A DNA stretch of 63,855 nucleotides, the filler included, from Octopus bimaculoides (taxonomy: Eukaryota), in NCBI RefSeq assembly GCF_001194135.2. It is 6 parts of 6 records of this genome, joined end to end, with 100 filler letters (N's around TTAATTAATTAA, not from the genome) between each part and the next. Parts side by side here need not be neighbours in the genome. Positions count along the whole stretch, not along the records: positions 43,223 to 54,504 come from NC_068985.1; positions 54,605 to 62,556 come from NC_068984.1; positions 62,657 to 63,855 come from NW_026436041.1; 3 more parts are not named here. The stretch is one strand, 5' to 3'. The notes beneath the pieces are model-generated. The model did no database searches and was not told where the DNA came from. It worked only from the letters and a program-made list of their open reading frames with translations. Shown here in pieces: positions 54,396-63,855 of this stretch; the stretch's first letter is position 1; the number at the start of each line of letters is the position of its first letter. The translations under genes were made by a program, and so were the position numbers.

Positions 54396-55319
54396 ATATA
54401 CACAAGCACACACACATATATACACATATATCCATATATATGTGTATATATATATATATGTATACATTTATACACCTACATATATGTATATATATATATA
54501 TATANNNNNNNNNNNNNNNNNNNNNNNNNNNNNNNNNNNNNNNNNNNNTTAATTAATTAANNNNNNNNNNNNNNNNNNNNNNNNNNNNNNNNNNNNNNNN
54601 NNNNTATTCATAAGTCCTGGGATTAATTCGTTCGACTAAAATTTTTCGAGCTGATGCATGGCCGCAGTCTAATGAAAGAAACGAGTAAAAAAAAATGAAC
54701 GAAAATACAATATATGACCGAAAGAACAAACGATCGTGAGATGTGAGAAAATATAAAGTTGATAGAATATCCGATTACAGGAATATACACCTGAGGTAAG
54801 AGCTTACAATCCCGCGAAACATCAAGGTGTGTAAAACAAAAATAAAAATCAATAAGCAACGAAACGACAAAAACAAACGCAAAAAAATATACACTTAGTA
54901 AAAAGAGCAAAAAAAAAAAAAGAAATTAAATTAGACTCAACTTACTGCGAATCATATTTTCTTGTATACTCTATAATTCCTTAAATAATTTATTTTTTGT
55001 ACAAGAATTAAGATTAGGTTTTTATCTTTTAAAACGTCCAAATTCTGTTTGTCAGGAAAATAGTAACATCGTAAATTTAATCTGCAATTTAATCCACACT
55101 TGAAACTCAGAGAGAAATTCTCTTCCGACAACAAGGAAAATGCTGTTTATACGATATTAATCCGGATTTTCAATCTAATCTTTAAGAATATTTGAATAGC
55201 GTCTATTGTGTATTTTTTGTTTTCAAATTATTTTCTCTATTCTTAGATAGACAACACGTTCAATTCCAGTTCTAAATTCTAACACTTCAAATGTGTTAAA
55301 GATATCGTTTTTCGTTTTT

Positions 55320-55712
55320 ATCTTTTACTTGCTTCAGTCTTTGAATGCGACCATGCTGCAGCACCATTTTAAAGAATTTTCTTTTAGTCGAATGAATAGG
55401 CTTTAGTACTTATTTTTTAAAATTATGGTAATTATACTAACGGTCTCTTTTGCTGAACTTCTAAGTTATAAGGAGTGTAAACACACCAACACCGGTTGTC
55501 AAGCGATGTTGGGGAACAAACGCACACTCACACATACATGTATGTGCGACAGGCTTCTTTCAGTTTCCCTCTACCAAATCTACTCACATGGCTTTGGTCA
55601 GGTCGAAGCTAGGGTAGAAGACACTAGGCCAAGGAGCCACGTGGTTGGAATGAACCCGGAACCATGTGGTTGGGAAACAAACTTCTTACCACACAGCCAC
55701 GCCTGCGCCTAT
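55320..55712 (-). mobile_element. Full-length SINE family A with internal (TG/TA) microsatellite
   Basis: Minus strand: head ataggcgcaggcgtggctgtgtggtaagaag..ccgggttcattcc, a central simple repeat, and tail ..gctgcagcatggtcgcattcaaagactgaagcaagtaaaagataaaa. Confidence 0.85.
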
Positions 55713-56107
55713 ATTTGCTATTTTTTTGGTTTAAGATTCAAAATCATGAGGAAACAATTTGAAGATCAGAAGCGAAGCTGTTGCCGTAGAAATATTCACA
55801 AAAATACACTTGTTCAAAACAGAAAATATTAATTCAAATCTGGAACGTTTCAGGTACAGAATAATTTTGAAACAATCTGAATTAAACGATATTTTCAAAT
55901 TGTAGTATTGTCCTCTATTAGAATTCCATTGACATCTAAGATGTATTTTAGAGATACTTATGAACTCGGAATTAATGCATGAATAGAAATTCTGACACTT
56001 ACAGTGGAGGAGGGAGTATATTCTACGAAATTTCAGACATCATCATATCGGTATGTTTAGAACCTCATCTTTATCCATGCACACACACACAGACACACAC
56101 ACACACA

Positions 56108-56159
<52 letters not shown>

Positions 56160-58393
56160 NNNNNNNNNNNNNNNNNNNNNNNNNNNNNNNNNNNNNNNNN
56201 NNNNNNNNNNNNNNNNNNNNNNNNNNNNNNNNNNNNNNNNNNNNNNNNNNNNNNNNNNNNNNNNNNNNNNNNNNNNNNNNNNNNNNNNNNNNNNNNNNNN
56301 NNNNNNNNNNNNNNNNNNNNNNNNNNNNNNNNNNNNNNNNNNNNNNNNNNNNNNNNNNNNNNNNNNNNNNNNNNNNNNNNNNNNNNNNNNNNNNNNNNNN
56401 NNNNNNNNNNNNNNNNNNNNNNNNNNNNNNNNNNNNNNNNNNNNNNNNNNNNNNNNNNNNNNNNNNNNNNNNNNNNNNNNNNNNNNNNNNNNNNNNNNNN
56501 NNNNNNNNNNNNNNNNNNNNNNNNNNNNNNNNNNNNNNNNNNNNNNNNNNNNNNNNNNNNNNNNNNNNNNNNNNNNNNNNNNNNNNNNNNNNNNNNNNNN
56601 NNNNNNNNNNNNNNNNNNNNNNNNNNNNNNNNNNNNNNNNNNNNNNNNNNNNNNNNNNNNNNNNNNNNNNNNNNNNNNNNNNNNNNNNNNNNNNNNNNNN
56701 NNNNNNNNNNNNNNNNNNNNNNNNNNNNNNNNNNNNNNNNNNNNNNNNNNNNNNNNNNNNNNNNNNNNNNNNNNNNNNNNNNNNNNNNNNNNNNNNNNNN
56801 NNNNNNNNNNNNNNNNNNNNNNNNNNNNNNNNNNNNNNNNNNAATGTTTGAGTGTTATATTCTCGAGCAATTTGTTCAAAGAAACAAAATTACAATATAG
56901 AAATCAAACACATCACCAACGTTACTTTACCCTTTACGGCTGGCTCCGCGCCAAAATAATGTATTTACTTGTCAAATATGTCGATATAGATTTGGCCACT
57001 ATGGGGTAGATACAAAACGGTGAAAGGAGTTTATTGTATGGCGTCAAAGCAATTTAGCAAATGTGCCAAATAGCTAGAGTTTAAAATGTAGTTTTTGAAT
57101 TGCCGTCTTTAGCACGTATTTGATAAGAGGAAGAATGATGCGAAGGCAATGATGATAGATTTGATATATGTTCTCACGATGTGAGAATATATCTTACACA
57201 ATGAATATATATTTCATGCGTAATTGCTCTCTCACAAACGTTCAAACACGAAAACATGCTTCGTACACAAACATACACCAGAATGCCAGATCCACGCGCA
57301 CTCGCGTATGCGCATACGCTTAAACGCGTACACAAATATTCATGAATATACACGAATCTTTCTCTCTCTCTTTCTCTCTCTCACCCTCACTATTGGAACC
57401 ATTTGGCCGTGTTTTCACTTCATATGTTCTCCGATGCTATTGTCCACAAATGCAAGTATTTCCTACGAAGCTATTGTTCAATAATAATAATGGCAACAAT
57501 GAATGCATGCCTCCCTGCTTCTATCTGTATACGCATAGAATATTTATATATATACGTTCTTGTTCTTGTTCTTGTTCTTGTTCTTGTTCTTCTTGTTCTT
57601 CTTCTCCTCCGCCTCCTCCTCCTCCTCCNNNNNNNNNNNNNNNNNNNNNNNNNNNNNNNNNNNNNNNNNNNNNNNNNNNNNNNNNNNNNNNNNNNNNNNN
57701 NNNNNNNNNNNNNNNNNNNNNNNNNNNNNNNNNNNNNNNNNNNNNNNNNNNNNNNNNNNNNNNNNNNNNNNNNNNNNNNNNNNNNNNNNNNNNNNNNNNN
57801 NNNNNNNNNNNNNNNNNNNNNNNNNNNNNNNNNNNNNNNNNNNNNNNNNNNNNNNNNNNNNNNNNNNNNNNNNNNNNNNNNNNNNNNNNNNNNNNNNNNN
57901 NNNNNNNNNNNNNNNNNNNNNNNNNNNNNNNNNNNNNNNNNNNNNNNNNNNNNNNNNNNNNNNNNNNNNNNNNNNNNNNNNNNNNNNNNNNNNNNNNNNN
58001 NNNNNNNNNNNNNNNNNNNNNNNNNNNNNNNNNNNNNNNNNNNNNNNNNNNNNNNNNNNNNNNNNNNNNNNNNNNNNNNNNNNNNNNNNNNNNNNNNNNN
58101 NNNNNNNNNNNNNNNNNNNNNNNNNNNNNNNNNNNNNNNNNNNNNNNNNNNNNNNNNNNNNNNNNNNNNNNNNNNNNNNNNNNNNNNNNNNNNNNNNNNN
58201 NNNNNNNGGGCGGGGGGGTTCTTGGATTTCATATCGACCCTACTACTTGACCGACCGGTACTTTATTTCACCACCGGATTATCTGGGATTTTATTTTACA
58301 CATTCAAGAAGGATAAAAAACAAATTTGATCTCAGTAGGATTAAACGCAGAGCAGAGAAACAGAAGAAATACTTCAATAGACTTTGACCAAAT

Positions 58394-58443
<50 letters not shown>

Positions 58444-58444
58444 A

Positions 58445-58585
58445 AAGGGTGTTCAAAAAGTCTCTCCGCAGTAAGTATTTTATTGCAAAATAAATATTTA
58501 TAAGATAGTATAAGACTACAAAAGAATATCAGACTTTACGAGATTGATTTCCGTTTGACTGCGGAGAGATTTTTTGGACACCCTG
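58445..58585. mobile_element. Tc1/mariner-type MITE (141 bp)
   Basis: 28-bp TIRs aagggtgttcaaaaagtctctccgcagt / actgcggagagattttttggacaccctg (25/28 match), with TA flanks. Confidence 0.9.
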
Positions 58586-59296
58586 TATATATCCTTCCAA
58601 AATGCCTGAGTAACCTGCTTAGTGTGGCTGTAGGTGTCTATGAAACAAAACAGGGTCTTCTCCTGTTAAGGGTTCCAGATGAACCCACCTCACGGCAGGA
58701 AACACAGATGAGGGCAGCGGTATTAAACTCCTTTATTAACCAAATGCCACTTCTCAGAGGAGGTTTCAAATAATGGTGTAGCACAGCCGGCGGTGGTGCC
58801 CCAGCATGACCACAGCTTTGAAGCTAAAACAACTTAAAGATGTGTATACGTATGCATGTATGTATACATTGAAGAATTACTATCTTCGTGTGTGTTGATA
58901 GGTAACTACATTAACGCAAGAATGGGCAAGAGAAAGAAGTAAAGAGACAATTAAAAGAAATAAGAGCAATTAATTGGCTGATTAACTTTAGCATAGAATA
59001 TTAATATCCTCTGTATTCTTAGTCTTGGAAATGTATACCATTTGGAATCAATGTTGATGATAGATCAAATCAAAATGAAATATTCAGCAATATTATTGAT
59101 TTAAAAGTAAATACCGAATTCTGATTGGAATAAATGATTTAAGAAATGATTTTTGATTAATACTTGACTCTAAAGGTAAAAATGCTTTTAAATGTAATGA
59201 AGAAAGTAAATAAAGATGGTGAAGTGACTACGTCTGATGCAACGACCAAATTGTTTGAACAGACCCCACGACATACTTAGAATCCATGGCACCGAA

Positions 59297-59553
59297 ATGG
59301 CAGAAACGTTAGCAGGCCGGGCGAAATGCTTAGCGGTATTTCGTCTGTCTACGTTCTGAGTTCAAATTCCCCGAGGTCGACTTTGCCATTCATCCTTTCG
59401 GGGTCGATAAATTAAGTACCAGTTACGCACTGGGGTCGATGTAATCGACTTAATCCCTTTGTCTGTCCTTGTTTGTCCCCTCTATGTTTAGCTCCTTGTG
59501 GGCAATAAAGAAATAAGAAACGTTAGCACGCCGGGCGAAATACTTTGCAGTAT
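59297..59553 (+). mobile_element. SINE family B tandem (one unit plus the start of a second, running into a gap)
   Basis: Near-identical to 14622-14860, including the aaagaaataagaaacgttagcacg junction. Confidence 0.9.
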
Positions 59554-60074
59554 NNNNNNNNNNNNNNNNNNNNNNNNNNNNNNNNNNNNNNNNNNNNNNN
59601 NNNNNNNNNNNNNNNNNNNNNNNNNNNNNNNNNNNNNNNNNNNNNNNNNNNNNNNNNNNNNNNNNNNNNNNNNNNNNNNNNNNNNNNNNNNNNNNNNNNN
59701 NNNNNNNNNNNNNNNNNNNNNNNNNNNNNNNNNNNNNNNNNNNNNNNNNNNNNNNNNNNNNNNNNNNNNNNNNNNNNNNNNNNNNNNNNNNNNNNNNNNN
59801 NNNNNNNNNNNNNNNNNNNNNNNNNNNNNNNNNNNNNNNNNNNNNNNNNNNNNNNNNNNNNNNNNNNNNNNNNNNNNNNNNNNNNNNNNNNNNNNNNNNN
59901 NNNNNNNNNNNNNNNNNNNNNNNNNNNNNNNNNNNNNNNNNNNNNNNNNNNNNNNNNNNNNNNNNNNNNNNNNNNNNNNNNNNNNNNNNNNNNNNNNNNN
60001 NNNNNNNNNNNNNNNNNNNNNNNNNNNNNNNNNNNNNNNNNNNNNNNNNNNNNNATATATATATATATATATAC

Positions 60075-60490
60075 ATATGTAGGACCGCCTCTGGTAGTAA
60101 ATACAGCTTGAATTCTACGAGGTATGGACTCGTACAAAGTACGAATTGTTTCCAAAGGAATTTTTGTCCATTCTTCAGCTAATACAGTCTCTAGTTCTTG
60201 TAGTGATGATGGTGGAGGATATCGCCTCCTTACTTGTTTTTCTAAAATGCACCATAAATATTCAATAATATTGAGATTTGGGGTCTGAGGTGGCCAGAGA
60301 GGATGTTCAACTTCACTAGAATGATACTCGTGGCATTCAGTGACAACTTTAGCTGTGTGAATTGGTGCATTATCATCTTGAAAAATTATGCAAACAGCTC
60401 CGCAGGCATAGGGTGTATTTGATCAGATAAAATGCTTAAATAATCTTGGCTATTAAGAAGAGAAACCATTGGACCGGTGGATTTCCAAGA
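60075..60490 (-). mobile_element. Tc1-family transposase C-terminal fragment with D(36)E spacing
   Basis: IFQDDNAPIHTAKVVTECHEYHSSEVEHPLWPPQTPNLNIIEYLWCILEKQVRRRYPPPSSLQELETVLAEEWTKIPLETIRTLYESIPRRIQAVFTTRGGPTY, open for ~105 codons. Confidence 0.9.
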
Positions 60491-61126
60491 TATATGTCTG
60501 AAATTCATTTATTTTCTATGAAATGTAACCAGGATCGAAAACTTTAATTTAAAAAAACAGAAGACCGTTTCCGAATAAATGAATAAATATTAAAACTGTA
60601 AATAGTTGTTGCTCAATAATTAAGAGTATAAAAATCCTGAACAAATATAGTTTTATTATTACATACAGAACATTCTAGCTGATAAGTATGTGTCAATTTG
60701 ATCACTAAACGGTAAAACGAAAACTCAGTAAACTGGTGTTGGTTGTTGTTGTTGTTGTCATCGCTGGCGTCATTATCGATGTTGTCGTTATTGTTGTTGC
60801 TGATGATGATATTGTTTGTCCCTAGTTTAACCTTGTTCGGGCAAACCTTTGACGAAAGACTTTCTAGCCATGACAATCTCGTCTATTTTTTTTTCCATTT
60901 TTTGTTTTGCAGCCATTGTGCTACCATGTCTATATTAACTTGCATGCATTTTGTAGTGGCGTTATACACATATTTTTGAGGAACATATAACTGTTATTTC
61001 TAGATAGTCAAGCAACCACATAGAGTCTCCCATCAGGAGATTTATTAAAAAAAAATGATGAGTATGAAAACAAAGACTGCTGTCGAAGTTGAATAATAAG
61101 AACAATTCAAAGATCACGATAACCTC

Positions 61127-61188
<62 letters not shown>

Positions 61189-62656
61189 GGGCATGATTAA
61201 GATTGCAGAGACAGTTGATAAAGTGTCTTAGATGAATGTGTGCAAATAATAAGTAAGGAAACAATCTAGTGAATCAACACTGATGAATTGTTTTTGTTGT
61301 TGATGTTGTTGTTGTTATTATTTTGAATTAATCAAAAGGTACCGGGTTCATTTGACCAACATGGCGGATACAAATGACCTTACAGCTGACATATTAGTTC
61401 TAACGTAAAGACTACTAGTTCGACACACAAGCAAACAAGATGGGATGAAACCGTTACAGTATTTTAATTAGAATTTTCCAGAAGCTAGTCGCCAGCTTGA
61501 CCGTATGTTCCATGCAGTTTATTCCACGGCATGGAAGACATTGGTTTAGTTTGACCTTCGAACTTGGTAGTAATTCATCAAGATCGGATAGGTTGGAAGA
61601 TAGAAAAAATAAAATAGCTGAAGAAGCTATATTTAAACACCAGTAAACGATAGAAAGAGAGAGAGAAAAAAAAAAGAAACATCAAAACAAAACAAACAAC
61701 GTCCTGAAGATATGCTTCTACTAAAAGAAAGTTCTTGCTCACCGTTATTTTTCCTTAAAAAGATAGTTTCCATAAAAACCTAAAAACATGTGTAATACAT
61801 CGTAGAATAGATTCGGAAAAATAAATACATATCAGAAACCATACCATATTAATCTATATTTAATAACAACATTTTGGCATGCGCTCTAGAATTGAGATCC
61901 TTGTGAGTTGAGTCTGTGAACGAACAACGTTTCGATTCCACATTCCTGCCGTTTATGTTTTATTTTCTTTCATTTATTTGAACATTTTGCTTGGCATAGT
62001 CCAAAAATGAAGCGTCCGTCATCTTTTTGAAGCGCTTCTGTGAGTGGTTGGTGAAGGAGTGGGTGGAAGGTAGGAACAAGAGGTCACGCCGTACTTGTTA
62101 GTGCTCTAACAAATAGCGTAAGCATGTCAAGATATTGATTATTGATTACAACAAAGTGAACACTGCTAAAGTATGCAAAGACCAGGTGTTGGAGGAGAAG
62201 GAGACTTGGTTGAAGTTTCAAGGATGCTGGCCTAGGAATAAGTACAGTCAAGCCGGTGTTGTTCTGCACAATGTTTGTGTAATTCGATTCTACTCACTGG
62301 CTTGGGTTGACCCAAAACTGTAACAGAAGACACTTGTTCATGGTCATGCGCAGTAGAATCCATTTCAGAGCCACGTGATGTCGTAGCAAACTTCTCAACC
62401 ATTGTCGTTTGTTAAAAATCTGTGAAATGGTCTGAACAATAACCGACGTATTTTTGCATAATCTCTCAAAATTGATTTCAAATTTTCACACAAGACCAGA
62501 AATTTCGGGTGGTGGTGGTGGTGGTGGTGGGGATAAGTGGATTACATAGACCCCAGNNNNNNNNNNNNNNNNNNNNNNNNNNNNNNNNNNNNNNNNNNNN
62601 TTAATTAATTAANNNNNNNNNNNNNNNNNNNNNNNNNNNNNNNNNNNNNNNNNNNN

Positions 62657-63295
62657 AAAAATTTTCTGCACTTTCGTCATAAAATATCTTTATTATTGTC
62701 ACATGGTTTTCTGCGCATGCATGCTTGTAGTTGGTACTATTGTGGTGACATGATCCAAGTTGGAGCCAGATCGTGCCATTTTTCTTTCTGGTTTTACAGT
62801 GTAAGCATGGCTGCTCCCCTAGCGATGTGCACCAAAGAAGAACAAAGAGCGGTGATCCAAGAGATGATTAATGGTGAGCCAGTTCATCATTAGCATCTCT
62901 CGAGCTTGCTGAATCATCTCATCAGTAGTGAAGATTGATGGGCATTTTGCTCCCTCTTTGTGCGTCACGCCTTTCCAATCACAACTAAACTTCTCAATCC
63001 ACCCCCACACATACACTTCTACATGGTAGTTCACTGTCCCGATGTTGTGCTAAAACCTCACTTTGAATTCCAGCACCTGACACACCTTCCGACCAGAGAA
63101 ACTGGATCACTGCTCTTTGTTCTTCTTTGGTGCACATGGCTTGTGGAGTGGCCATGCTTATGTGGTACAATCAGGCTCAAACTTCATTTACGTGAGCTTA
63201 ATAGTACCAACTAGAAGCAAGCATGCGCATAAGGCAGTGTGACAATAATAAAGATATGTCGTAGCAAAAGTACAAGATAATTTTGACTTCCCCTT
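62657..63295. mobile_element. mariner derivative made of two inverted 5' ends
   Basis: Plus strand: leader plus MAAPLAMCTKEEQRAVIQ. Minus strand: TIR (aaggggaagtcaaaattatc), the same leader and MATPQAMCTKEEQRAVIQFLWSEGV..WIEKF..TTDEMIQQAREM. Confidence 0.85.
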
Positions 63296-63706
63296 GTGTG
63301 TGTGTGTGTATGTATGTACATACACACATATACATTCACACATACACACATAGAGTGTCATCTTACCTTAGGTGCATGAGGATTAAATTCCACAGCTCTG
63401 TGAATGGCTTCAACAGCTGACATTTCTGCTGAGCTGAGACCTCTTTTAGAAGCAACATCTGGGGAAAATCTGTAAAGAAAATCAATAACAAAATAAACAG
63501 CCACAAAACCTTATTGACCAGACAGAAACTGGGCAGCTTTGGGTGGGAATTGATTTGAGCTGGGATGACCTGTTGGGTGAACACTCCTTCCCGATTAGAT
63601 CACTGAGAAAAACTGAAGTAAAAATGATGACGTTTTCATAATAATGATGATGGTGATGATAATGATGAAACAATGAGCAAGTAACAATAACAATGAGAGA
63701 TACAGC

Positions 63707-63840
63707 TGTGAAATGTGGCCAGTGAGAGAGGCAGTTGGGAAATGTGGCCAGTGAGAGAGGCAGTTGGGAAATGTGGCCAGTGAGAGGCAAATGTGAAATG
63801 TAATCAGAAAGGCAGGTGTGAAATGTGGCCAGTGAGAGAA
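63707..63840. repeat. 29-bp minisatellite (gggaaatgtggccagtgagagaggcagtt)
   Basis: Two exact periods at 63721-63778 plus degenerate copies. Confidence 0.85.
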
Positions 63841-63855
63841 GAAGATTTGATCAAA

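Noticed and set aside
61357-61367. caacatggcgg YY1-like promoter motif
   Set aside because: A single short motif with no associated exon or other promoter evidence.
63707-63840. tgtgaaatgtgg repeats as C2H2 zinc-finger codons
   Set aside because: The 29-bp period is not a multiple of 3, stops are present, and there is no HxxxH or TGEKP pattern.

Overview
Eukaryotic, AT-rich, repeat-dominated draft scaffold with about 25 N-gaps, nearly all flanked by microsatellites. The SINE-like families and a mitochondrial nad5 fragment point to an octopod cephalopod, probably Octopus; this is inferred, not tested. Only one protein-coding gene is well supported: a minus-strand PERCC1-like ORF starting at 34279. 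It carries the conserved motif PESP..QLIDFAQLISADIQKFFGRK..EDSCDIYED and then runs into a 740-N gap. The rest of the window is tRNA-headed SINEs (four families, one forming head-to-tail arrays), Tc1/mariner fossils and MITEs, and LINE fragments (L1/Tx1-, RTE-, CR1/L2- and RLE-type). There are also Penelope/retrozyme-like direct-repeat elements with degenerate hammerhead-like cores, a nad5 NUMT captured inside a SINE, a ~250-nt near-perfect hairpin and a ~1.7-kb long inverted repeat. Most ORFs in the supplied track are artefacts of microsatellites or N-runs. All family assignments come from motif recognition by eye, not from database searches, and most repeat boundaries are approximate.
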